From Balanoglossus misakiensis (taxonomy: Eukaryota; Animalia; Hemichordata): a stretch of DNA of 64,000 bases. The translations under genes and the position numbers were made by a program. The notes beneath the pieces are model-generated. The model was not told where the DNA came from. It made no database searches and saw nothing but the letters and a program-made list of their open reading frames with translations. The DNA lies in assembly GCA_040954595.2 (NCBI GenBank), contig CM082596.2, positions 7,766,468 through 7,830,467 of the forward strand. Direction: 5' to 3'. Below, piece after piece: positions 48,701 through 57,093 of this stretch (the stretch's first letter is position 1; each line of letters starts with the position of its first letter).

Positions 48701-49469
48701 TATCATCCCATTGATATCGAGAATTGTGTGTTGAGAGCCCACAAGAGTATCTGTGAATGGTAAGTATACCCCTCATAGAGACAACACATCATTTTCAATT
48801 AAAGGGACAAAGTCTCTCTCTCTCGCTGCCCCTTTTTCATTAATTATGTTCGATACAAGACATCGTTTATGTTATTCTACATGTGGATATATAGTGAATC
48901 AACGTTCGACCACACACAACTTCCATCCCGATGGTGTAGGATATGAGAGTAAAAATCTTGCCAAAATGAATAAATAGTAGAGATCGAGTATTCATTTTGG
49001 CAAGTTTTTATCTCTCATGTCTACAAGCGGGATGGAAGGTGTGTGTGGTCGAACTTTGAATCAGAATCAGAAAAAAGAACAAGTGTGGATATAAGACCAG
49101 TGCATAGGTATTGCCATCTGCAACTATCAATGGGTCACTCTTATCAGAAACAGTAACATTCCCCGGTGAGGTATTACCGCCAAACAACAATGTTAACCGT
49201 TTGTCTTGCTTTGCAGTGCTGTATTTACGTGGACCAACCTGCTGGTGGTGGTGGTGGAACTGGACGGCACGGAGAGCGAGGCGCTGGACCTGGTGCCGTT
49301 GGTCACCAACGTGGTCTTGGAGGAGCACTACCTGATCGTGGGCGTGGTGGTGGTGGTTGACCCGGCCGTGGTGCCCATCAACTCCCGGGGGGAGAAGCAG
49401 AGGATGCATCTCCGAGACGGTTTCCTGGCCGACCAGTTGGACCCCATCTACGTGGCCTACAATATGTAA
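3717..49469 (+). CDS. DIP2: Disco-interacting protein 2 homolog (DMAP1-binding domain plus two FAAL-like/AMP-binding domains), 38 coding exons, 1626 aa
   Basis: join(3717-3801,12872-13057,26130-26252,30576-30698,31622-31921,32718-32852,33262-33375,33566-33645,34245-34368,35284-35375,35713-35823,36220-36343,36610-36713,37041-37208,37426-37519,37738-37857,38745-38859,39363-39502,40003-40139,40340-40420,40809-40936,41347-41431,41642-41740,42065-42156,42553-42706,43048-43128,43573-43738,43993-44132,44280-44441,44851-44981,45316-45407,45648-45724,46223-46393,47120-47239,47483-47557,48054-48228,48636-48759,49217-49469). All phases match; sum 4881 nt. DIP2 motifs: LTELDQELAEGDITRKGYEKKKAKL, VSAKIQQLLNTLKRPKRKPL, KSRDMHWG, AYLDFSVSTTGMLAG, C-terminal GEKQRMHLRDGFLADQLDPIYVAYNM. 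Confidence 0.96.
6822..7007. mobile_element. MITE with about 40-bp imperfect TIRs (PIF/Harbinger-like)
   Basis: ACCATTTGATTTC..GGGGGAGGGGGTTGGAG on the left mirrors CTCCACCCCCTCCCCCC..GAAATCAAATGGT on the right; GGG/CCC termini with TAA on the right flank. Confidence 0.65.
12583..12781 (+). mobile_element. MITE family A (TA-flanked, TIR CTGTAAAAC; Tc1/mariner-like), subfamily A1
   Basis: TACTGTAAAACGGGTTATTTTCGCG start; right TIR partly deleted; matches the 20939 and 32911 copies. Confidence 0.85.
15361..15562 (-). mobile_element. MITE family A, subfamily A2
   Basis: TACTGTAAACACTTTATTTTCGCG...AAAGTGTTTTACAGTA; opposite orientation to the 12583 copy. Confidence 0.88.
16113..16148 (+). CDS. 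Candidate 36-nt in-frame cassette exon of DIP2 (EPNTTAMTSIKQ)
   Basis: Long pyrimidine-rich tract ending CCCCGCCAG, donor AAG/GTTAGT, phase 1-1, no stop codon. No transcript evidence. Confidence 0.4.
18771..18929. repeat. Foldback (palindromic) repeat family H, partial
   Basis: AACTTCCATCCC...AATGAATAA-loop-TTATTCATT...GGGATGGAAGTT; related to 48881-49063. Confidence 0.75.
20939..21146 (+). mobile_element. MITE family A, subfamily A1
   Basis: TACTGTAAAACGGGTTATTTTCGCG...CGCGAAAATAACCTGTTTTACAGTA; intact TIRs and TA flanks. Confidence 0.9.
22114..22289 (+). mobile_element. MITE family E (CAGTG termini; hAT-like)
   Basis: CAGTGTGCCCTCTAAG...TTAAGAGTGCACATTG; second copy at 30347-30519. Confidence 0.78.
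27891..28084 (+). mobile_element. MITE family B (TTAA target, AGG termini; Kolobok-like)
   Basis: TTAA/AGGTATATGGTCACC...GGTGACGGTATACCT/TTAA; four copies in the window. Confidence 0.88.
30347..30519 (+). mobile_element. MITE family E
   Basis: CAGTATGCCCTCTAAG...CTTAGACGGCTCACTG; flanks GTGGTAG / GTAGTAG may be a decayed TSD. Confidence 0.8.
30774..31071 (+). mobile_element. MITE family D (about 290 bp, TTAA target, AG termini; Kolobok-like)
   Basis: TAGCTCGTCTCACACGCATG...CATGCGCGTGAGACGAGCTACGTGCT/TTAA; reverse complement of 39013-39301. Left terminus degraded. Confidence 0.85.
31408..31591 (+). mobile_element. MITE family B
   Basis: AGGTATACGGTCACC...GGTGACTGTATACCT/TTAA; ends 30 nt before DIP2 exon 5. 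Confidence 0.88.
32523..32692 (-). mobile_element. MITE family A, subfamily A1 (internally deleted)
   Basis: TACTGTAAAACAGGTTATTTTCGCG...CGCGAAAATAACCCGTTTTACGGTA; reverse orientation; ends 25 nt before DIP2 exon 6. Confidence 0.88.
32911..33088 (+). mobile_element. MITE family A, subfamily A1
   Basis: TACTGTATAACGGGTTATTTTC...GAAAATAACTCCTTTTACAGTA; starts 58 nt after DIP2 exon 6. Confidence 0.88.
33827..33973. mobile_element. Tc1/mariner-type MITE remnant
   Basis: TA-CAGTTGAACCTGTCTATAGTGGCC...GGCCACTATATAGAGGTTTGACT imperfect TIRs with internal TATAGA.AGGT repeats. Confidence 0.65.
34033..34117 (+). mobile_element. MITE family C (about 85 bp, TTAA target, CCCT termini; piggyBac-like)
   Basis: TTAA/CCCTCTCACC...GGTGAAAGGG/TTAA; six copies in the window. 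Confidence 0.85.
35030..35080. repeat. (TGAA)n microsatellite
   Basis: GAATGAATGAATGAATGAACGAATGAATG. Confidence 0.8.
35952..36080. repeat. Mixed (TGGA)n/(TGAA)n microsatellite
   Basis: Interspersed ATGG and ATGA units over about 130 bp. Confidence 0.85.
37520..37737 (+). other. GC-AG intron (DIP2 intron 15)
   Basis: Exon 15 must end at AAG TTC AAA G to stay in frame with exon 16 (G/CG TCT GTA GCC); the donor reads AAG/GCAAGT. The nearby GT would be out of phase. Confidence 0.88.
38476..38687 (-). mobile_element. MITE family A, subfamily A2
   Basis: TACTGTAGAACACTTTATTTTCGCG...GAAAATAAAGTGTTTTACAGTA. Confidence 0.9.
39013..39301 (-). mobile_element. MITE family D
   Basis: TTAA/AGCGCGTAGC...GCTACGCGCT/TTAA; both copies give the same spurious ORF MAATIICVGDREKT in the ORF track. 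Confidence 0.88.
39520..39604 (-). mobile_element. MITE family C
   Basis: CCCTTTCATC...GGTGAAAGGG/TTAA; reverse copy abutting a family B element. Confidence 0.82.
39609..39789 (-). mobile_element. MITE family B
   Basis: Reverse-complement copy, TTAA/AGGTATAC...GGTGACCGTATGCCT/TTAA. Confidence 0.86.
41062..41154 (+). mobile_element. MITE family C (diverged)
   Basis: Shares AGAGGTCC...AAAACAATG.ATTTGGAC..AACCATGG core with the 34033 copy. Confidence 0.7.
43436..43525 (+). mobile_element. MITE family C (diverged)
   Basis: TAACCCTATCACCC...GGAGGTCCAAC...TTGGACCAAACCATGGTGGTGAAGTGGTTAA. Confidence 0.72.
45179..45262. repeat. Compound (GA)n(CA)n microsatellite
   Basis: Interrupted GA run followed by a CA run. 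Confidence 0.9.
46575..46667 (-). mobile_element. MITE family C (diverged)
   Basis: TTAACC...CCATGGTTTGGTCCAA...GGACCTCT...GGGGGTGAAAGGGTTAA. Confidence 0.75.
46874..47087 (-). mobile_element. MITE family A, subfamily A2
   Basis: TACTGTAAAACACTTATTTTCGCG...AAAATAAAGTGTTTTACAGTA; closely similar to the 38476 copy. Confidence 0.9.
48881..49063. repeat. Foldback (palindromic) repeat family H, about 75-bp arms
   Basis: TTCGACCACACAC.ACTTCCATCCCG...CTTGCCAAAATGAATA, 16-nt loop, TATTCATTTTGGCAAG...CGGGATGGAAG.TGTGTGTGGTCGAA, in the last DIP2 intron. Confidence 0.82.
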
Positions 49470-50646
49470 TATTCTGTACAGTTTATGCGCGCCGTTTTTT
49501 TTTTTTTTTTTTGAAGGCGCGCCAAATTTGCATGTGTACGTACGTTACGACTGTATTACGATGTACGTCTGTTGAAGTTGTCGTTGACTCTGTCAATCAG
49601 ATTTTTTTTTGCTTTTCACCCGGCATTAGTTAAAGTGGAATGTGCCAGCAAAGTAGACAGTTGGGATGACTGTCTGACCGTGATGGAACATTCCAATTTG
49701 AACGGCAGTGGGGAGGGGGGGGGGGGTGTGGACATATGTAATTGTTGTACACAGTAAGTTAATTTACTGTGTATTAATGCATTGTGCAATTTTTAGTCAG
49801 AACATTACTTGAACATTCACTCAATATTGCGAATTTTCATAGGAAACATTAAATGAACATTGACTCATTTTGTGAAGAAGGGCAAGCTGTGAACTTGATA
49901 GTTTCATGTCAGCTGTGAAATTATCCCCACTAAAGGATAGACTGTCCTGACTCTAACATGCAATATGTATTTAGATGTTAATAAAAAAGACGCTAAAAAA
50001 TGTTTCTTTATGATAAAAATAATCACGTGTACATTATTGTCAGTGACAGCGCAAGCAAGCCACCGAGGGTATTGTAAAATGTCAATGATGAAAAGTGTAA
50101 CAAAGATAGAATCACATTGTCCATTGGGCTCTTCAATTAAACTAATTAAGATTCTGCAGTGGGATTCAGAGATGATAATGCCATCCTTATCCAATAAAAC
50201 CAACACTCTTTTTAAACTTATTATTTTACATTTACATTGTTTTTATTCCCCAATACTAGTGTAATGTGTTGTTTTGTTGTACAGATAATTGTTTTATATT
50301 TCCTTCTGTAATATATGGTTGTTACTGTTGTATGGGATTTTGTCACTTTCTGATCATCAGTTGTTTTGGTAAGGGAACAGTGATGGCATTTTCACCTCTG
50401 TTTGCGTCTGCTGTTTATTTTGTGAATTTGACCTCATCGTGGTCACTGTAACCTTTGACCTTTCGCCTGAAATGTACAGGCTGTCAGTCAAATCCACTGG
50501 TACGACAGCTGGTACTCTCAGTTTGATGTTTCTCAGACGCCATTTTCATTTCAGTCATCAGGTTCATAATTCTGTTCTGCAGAACAACCCACTCTTAACA
50601 AAACTTGCTACTCTACCTGTCATCCAGACAGTAATGCTCTGTTTAA

Positions 50647-50730
50647 CCCTTTCACCCCAGTTCCCTTCACAGAGGTCCAACTTTACCATAGAAAACAATG
50701 GATTTGGACCAAACCATGATGGTGAAAGGG
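50647..50730 (+). mobile_element. MITE family C
   Basis: TTAA/CCCTTTCACC...GGTGAAAGGG/TTAA; perfect 10-bp TIR, in the probable DIP2 3' UTR. Confidence 0.87.
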
Positions 50731-52824
50731 TTAAATGTCAAATATGTTAAAAGTCATGTCCCTCTTTTGTAATTTATAGAGAAACTTAGTTTGATTTGAC
50801 TTTTTAAAAAAGATTTGCTCCTGCTTCATAAACTTTTATTTTAGCGTGTGAGAAAAATATTTTATGTTAAAAGTATTATAAAGCAAGCAGAATTGATTGT
50901 AAATAATATAGAGTAGTTAAGTGAAATTATTACCCTCACCATAGAGTTATTGTCCGGTGAGAGAATATTATTGACTTTTTCATGTATTTAATGACCTCTG
51001 GAATGAGATTTGTGGCAGGTTGTTTTTGTTGATATTACATGAATTTGTACACAAACTAGAAATTAATTACAGCAATGAAGAATCTCTTTTTCCTTGTTTT
51101 TTTTTTAATTTTATTACATTAACAAATGACATAACATAATTTACATGACACCAGCTTGAAATTTTGTTTCAATTTTTTTCAGGAAAAACCTAGACATTTT
51201 TGTGTATTACTGCCATAGATCGATAGTACTGTAGAGTGAAATGTGAACTTTTTCATGGGCAAAATCTGGACTCAAGGGGGCGCTGTGTAGAGGCATTAAT
51301 GCAAAGAACCTGAAATGGTGTAAAATTACGGCAGCGTGGAACTGATAACGTATTTAGCCTTACATTGTGAACAGAATTATTAATGGTAGTTTGTAGGGCT
51401 TTAACGTACATAGTTATCACGTGAAATACTATATTGGGGCATAGTTACTGGGGGAGGGGGAGACCTCCCCCCTCTATTATCTTTGATCAGGGAGTGGGGG
51501 TGATTTTATGGGGGGGGGGGGGGTAGGGTATGGAAATATTTCTGTGAAATATGTTCACAGATCGACAGTGACCTAATTCTGGTTTTGGGAAAAAGCAGTG
51601 TTGCGCGGAAGCATAACATGTTGCAAATATGTAAGCGACACGAGACATTTGCAGTTTCAATACTATCCAACACTTTTCATGCAAATTTTTTCATCTTTCA
51701 AATGTGTCAACCACTAACAAATAACGCATGTGTCAATTTGGTGTCGGTGGTTATTTGGAAATGTAGGCATCTGTAAATAATTAGATAATTGTGCAAATTT
51801 CAAACCAAGACTTTGATAGTATTGATTTTGTGATGTATTTACATGAGTTCTCCCAGCATGCACTGTGTTGTGGCTGTCAATCATCGATATGCAAATGAGA
51901 TCATTGTTTATGTGACAGTGTATCAAAAAATGTGTCTTTTTGTGTGTGGTCTTCTCTCCACCCTATATGCAGAATTAAAGAAAACTTTGTAATATTATTT
52001 TTTTCTTTGAAGTTTGAAAAATCTTATGCCAAATTAAATTAATGGTATAACTAAATTTTTACCCAGTTATATTATCTTGTTTTTATTTTATTTTAGAGTG
52101 TTCTTTAGGGTTTTTAAATGCATTTTCACTAGGAGATTCTAAAACTGAAAATAGTCAACAAATGAACAAATGCTGATATAAATATAAGGGCGTATTTCAA
52201 GACAGCATCTGTAGTTTCTGGAGCTATACAGAAATTGATTTCGCGACACCACAAATGTATAAATTATTGTAAACAGTGTGCAAATTTTTTTTAACTTAGC
52301 CTTTTCTATTAGACACTGTGGTGTTATTTTAGTTGAGGGAGAAATATGTTTCCTTCATGTTCAAAAAAGGTATGTCAATACAAATGTACCAGCATTACTG
52401 TAGATACCATTTAGTGGCATTTTGTCACATGGTACAAAGTCCAGGTGTTGTCATGGTAATCCCTCACGACAAGTTGTTATGGTAACCCTGCGTGACTTGT
52501 TACCTTATTACATGCAATATTACTGTATAATCCTTCAATTAAGCTCCACCCATGATTAGGCATTGGGCAGACCTGACTTTGATACATTTTACCTTTGGAT
52601 AAGCACCAGCAAAGACCTAGAAAGTTTTAGCGACATACTTCCCAAAAATGTTTGGTGACCACATGGTGACGCTTCATCATCAGTTGACTACGGCAACCTT
52701 TTAAAATTGGCTTATGATGAAAAATGACTCCCTAATTAAATCATGCATGATAAAATCAAAACCTGTCCCCCACACAATGATCCTACCACTTAACATGCCT
52801 GGGCATTATCTTTACAAAATGAAA

Positions 52825-53025
52825 TACTGTAAAACACTTTTTTTTCGCGAGTCAAAATTTTCGCGATATCGAGAGAGGCCACTGTTACGCGAGTATTAAT
52901 TTTTCGCGTTTTCACGCATTGTTCTTTCACAACTATATGTACGCGAGTCTTTATTTTCGCGTTGTTTTGGCTCTCGCGTATTTAGCGTAAATTTAATGCT
53001 CGCGAAAATAAAGTGTTTTACAGTA
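52825..53025 (+). mobile_element. MITE family A, subfamily A2-like
   Basis: TACTGTAAAACACTTT...CGCGAAAATAAAGTGTTTTACAGTA; lies downstream of the DIP2 stop codon. Confidence 0.88.
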
Positions 53026-54364
53026 GGTGTTGACGTAATCAAATGGTCGTTAAACATCAAATCTAGAACAAGCATGAGAGGGCAGAATGTGTGTCCTGTA
53101 TAACCTCATTTCAATTCTAGGGTTTATGTTTGTGTGACATCTCCTACAGTCTCATGTACAGTTTATGCATAGTTGATTTTTATCCACTTTCAACTGGCAA
53201 ACAGAAGTCTAACTAATTAGAATCTCGGTAGAGCTTGCTAGCCCCATACCAGGACAAAGATGTTTTTTATATATAAATTTATATGTTGAAATCTTGTTTT
53301 ATAATTCTCCTCTCTTATAATAGCCTTAAGTTTTGATTTGGTAAACCAGCTGTCCAGCCCTTTTTTGTCATTGAAAATAAAGCAAGCCATGTTGGCCCGT
53401 CGAAATTATCAATGAATTTCTGTTGTGTGTCTGTGGTTCTTTGTTGCCATTTCATGCAATTAAATCGACAGAAGAATGTGGTGTGGTTCTCCTTGTTTAA
53501 GCCCAGGGGCACAATTTGCCCTTGAAGAGTCTGTTGAGTGAAAATCTGCCTAGGCTCTTGACATTACTTGTATTCACCATAAACGGCCAAAGACCCTTAC
53601 CAGGAGACATACAATAGATGATCAGTAACACACAAACGCATGCAATTGGGTGAATTGTGGCGGCCATATTGAATGGGTCACCTGTTTATTATTCATCTTG
53701 TTTGCACTTACACAGTATGCATTCTTCGATCCCAGGCAGTGAATTTAATCCTGGACTGGAATTCATGCACTTGTCAACAATGACACTGTTACATGGATAT
53801 ATAGCCTGTACTAAAAAAATGATTTAGCAATCGATAAAAGAAAAAATATCGTAGTTGATACAGCACAGAAGCAAAATACTGTAAGAATGGTCAAAAGTTG
53901 GGAGTCAATAAAGCTAATGATAACAATAATACACATACTGCATGTACAGGCCACTGACAAGCCAAATTCTCAGTGTGATATTAACAACATTTTCTTTGGA
54001 AAAAGCAACAGAAACAAGAGACAGTGGCTTATATACAGAAGAGATCAAGAGGAAATATCAAAGTAGCAGCTTTGATGATGTGCACAACAGTGGTCAGAAG
54101 ACACACAAGAAAAAGACATTGTGTACATTGTAGTACGATTTTTCTCCTGCTACATTCAAATTTACTGGTGATGAAAATTCATTATGGTCAATAACAACAT
54201 TTAACACGACCAGATATGCACATTTAAGATTTGCATCTCTTGTTTCTGACAAAAGTAAAACAAGCCACTGTTTCTTGTAATTGTAAAAGTGAATTACCAA
54301 ATACTGCTCAAATTTCCCCTCAAATCTCTCCAAGTTACAAGTCATGAAAGTCCACTGTTCCATT

Positions 54365-56533
54365 TTACTGCGCAAATACCTTGACAACCTTGTTTTTATC
54401 ATCAGCCACAATTACTTTACACAGTGGAATATCATTTGTCACACATATACCCATTGGGCTTTTTACTTCTGCAATACACTGTACAAATTTCCCTTTGATG
54501 TCGGTTTTCACAACTCTGTTGTTGTTGAAATCACATATGTACACATATCCACACTTGTCAACTGCTATTCCCTCCGGTGAACTCAGACCAAGAGAGTTGG
54601 GAAAACTGTACTTAAACTGACCATCAGATTTGAAAACCTGTATAAAATGTTCTCCCTCCTCTGCAGACACAATAGCATTTGAATCATTATCAAATGTAAT
54701 ACAGCGAGGCTTCTTTAAGAAGCCATGACCAAATGAAAAGATATAAACACCATCTTGGGTGTATACTTTTACACAATCTGCCCCCTCGTCAACAATATAA
54801 ACTCGGTTGTTGCTTGGATGGATGGTAATACCTAAGGGTTTCAGCCCTTCACCTTTCCCAAAACATCTGATAAACTTTTTAGTTTTATCAAAGATGACTA
54901 CCTCACTGGTATATGTGATGTAAATCAATCCATTCTTCGATACAGCTGCATAGTAGGAGTGCCCTGCCACTTTAGAAGGCACACAGAGTGTTTCTTTAAC
55001 TTCACTTTTATCATTTAATCCTAGCTTCACAATATTATCCGAGTGATCACAAATCATAAGTGTATCATCTGATAACTGCACAACACCCAATACACTGTTG
55101 AAACCACCAATGTTGTGCCCCTTAAACTCATACAGCAACCCCTTTTTGGGGATGACTTTGACCTTGGCTGTACCGCCAATAGGTTTTCCACACACTGAAA
55201 CTGAAACTTCATACAGTCCCTCTGTTGCTGCATGCCATCTCAGTGAAAATGTCCCATCTCTGTTATCAGTCACTGTCACGGCAACCGTCTCATCATTTGA
55301 TGCAGAAACGACAACTTGGATGTCTGCTTCTGAAACATTCACGATCTTCTGTTGGCTTTCTGGGGTTACCATGACATTAATTTCATCTCCAAGCCTCGCA
55401 AATTCTGGAACATCTTTGAATTTATAACTGTAAGTGGCTAATTCACCCAGTTTGTTGTTTTCTATGGAATCCATCAAATCGCCACACTGCTGAAACTGCA
55501 CGAACTCACACGGCTCCAACTCGTCATCATTTCCAACCAGCTCCTCAAGTCGTGATGTCATCCCCTCTCTGACAGACATCAACTCTGTGGCATTCCCATG
55601 ATGCTTCACTGCTTCAGCAAATTCTCGGGCGCTGCTGCAGTCGTTCTCAACACAGTCAAGTTCTTTCATTTTTGCATTCAGTGCAGTCTTTGTGGCTTCG
55701 TGTTTCTGTTTCAGATCTCCCAACAACACTTTCTCGTTCTCCTCCAGTTTTCTAGTCACTGCCCGCATTGTCTGTTGAGTGAACTCTTTGATTTTTTGTG
55801 CCTCTCTCTCGTAATGTTCATCCTCGGATTTTAACATCTCTTCCACTGTTTTCTTTTTGTCGCTTGCCTTCTTCTCTGTCACTTTCACTTCCCCCAGCAA
55901 ATTGTTCAAGAATTCTGTGTACTCAGTTACTGCTTCTTGCAAATCTTTCTTCTTGTGTTCTCTGTGATTTGTCAAGATACACTCAGAACAACCCGACACA
56001 AGACAAGTGTTACAGTAATATTTTACCCGGCATGCAGTGTGAATTTCACAACTCTGCTGATTAATGGCGTGCTTGACCTTTGAACTCTCGTATTCAGCAA
56101 GTGGCACAAGGCAATGTTCTTTTGTAGCTGGAATAATACCGTGGCCGTGCACGCACGAAGAGCACAAAGTCAACGAACAGTCTGTGCACATTTTATCAAT
56201 ACACTTATCTTTGCATAGCTGACACTTCGTCAAACCAGCGTCATTCCCCTGTTTCATATTGAGTGACTGGATCAGGCCGTTCAGAAAATCGTTACCTTGG
56301 AGACTGGACACACCCCCATCGGGAACAGCGTGGGAACTCCGACAAAGCGGGCACTTCAGGCCGTCGCCGACTTCGACCAGACGGCGCAGGCATTCTTCAC
56401 AGAAACTGTGCAAACACGGAAGGAGTTTGGCGTTCTTGTGCCGTTCTGAACAAATCCCGCAGACTAGCAGATTTTCGTCTATTTCTTGGTCGGTGTCCCC
56501 CGGCTCCATGTCCTCTGGAAATGCAGCCGCCAT
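54365..56533 (-). CDS. TRIM-NHL family E3 ubiquitin ligase (TRIM2/3/71-like architecture), single coding exon, 722 aa
   Basis: C3HC4 RING (CGIC...LPCLHSFCEEC...CPLC); two B-boxes (CQLC...CTDC...CSSCVHGH; CEIH...YYCNTC...CSEC...HREH); coiled coil; filamin-type repeat (VTDNRDGTFSLRW...GLYEVSVSV); C-terminal NHL repeats (PLGITI...VYIVD, PEGIAVD...VYICDFNNNRV). Confidence 0.95.
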   Translation of the reverse strand: MAAAFPEDMEPGDTDQEIDENLLVCGICSERHKNAKLLPCLHSFCEECLRRLVEVGDGLKCPLCRSSHAVPDGGVSSLQGNDFLNGLIQSLNMKQGNDAGLTKCQLCKDKCIDKMCTDCSLTLCSSCVHGHGIIPATKEHCLVPLAEYESSKVKHAINQQSCEIHTACRVKYYCNTCLVSGCSECILTNHREHKKKDLQEAVTEYTEFLNNLLGEVKVTEKKASDKKKTVEEMLKSEDEHYEREAQKIKEFTQQTMRAVTRKLEENEKVLLGDLKQKHEATKTALNAKMKELDCVENDCSSAREFAEAVKHHGNATELMSVREGMTSRLEELVGNDDELEPCEFVQFQQCGDLMDSIENNKLGELATYSYKFKDVPEFARLGDEINVMVTPESQQKIVNVSEADIQVVVSASNDETVAVTVTDNRDGTFSLRWHAATEGLYEVSVSVCGKPIGGTAKVKVIPKKGLLYEFKGHNIGGFNSVLGVVQLSDDTLMICDHSDNIVKLGLNDKSEVKETLCVPSKVAGHSYYAAVSKNGLIYITYTSEVVIFDKTKKFIRCFGKGEGLKPLGITIHPSNNRVYIVDEGADCVKVYTQDGVYIFSFGHGFLKKPRCITFDNDSNAIVSAEEGEHFIQVFKSDGQFKYSFPNSLGLSSPEGIAVDKCGYVYICDFNNNRVVKTDIKGKFVQCIAEVKSPMGICVTNDIPLCKVIVADDKNKVVKVFAQ

Positions 56534-57093
56534 GTCGCAGGTAATTTACTCTGAATCGAAAAATTTGTCAAGACTTCGAAGCCAGCTGAGCTGAGTGTCT
56601 GACTCCAAGGTCCGTGCGATTCTGCACCAGGCACGTGTCGATATTAATTCCTTGCCACGACCTTTGTCCTCACCTCGCGGGGGGTCATATAACTTGAAAA
56701 AAACAAAATCACTGTCACAGCGAACTCATTGAGGGCGTTTACCAACCCTCTTAACTGTACTTGGCAAAAAGTCACTTCTCTGCTTTAAAATGTGGCATTG
56801 TGTCCATTATCAAAATTGCGACTTGGAAAATGAGTAGCTTTCTATAGTTGTAAAGTATTTAACTGATTGTCACGATTAGCTAGGGTCCGTGAGTATGATA
56901 AAACCACTGTGATAAAACAAAGTGTCCGAAGTGACAGTAAATTCGATTTATTTCAGAAACAGACAAGCTAACACTTCTCAGTGTAACTAACACTAATAAA
57001 AGTACCGGCGCCAGGGGGGGTAGCCTGGATTTTATACGTGTGTTAGGTGAAATCCAATGGAAACTAGTTCATACGCTTTTTATGTACGAGTTA

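Noticed and set aside
49008-49409. 133-aa His-rich antisense ORF
   Set aside because: Mirror of GTG/CTG-rich codons in DIP2 exon 38.
12583-53025. Recurring palindromic repeats as a possible CRISPR-like array
   Set aside because: Dispersed, about 200 bp, with TIRs and target-site flanks; they are MITEs in a eukaryotic genome.
49970-53400. AATAAA signals near 49980, 50193 and 53376 as the DIP2 poly(A) site
   Set aside because: Several candidates in AT-rich DNA; cannot choose without 3'-end data.
55098-56594. Several + strand ORFs of 78-111 aa
   Set aside because: Antisense shadows of the TRIM coding sequence.
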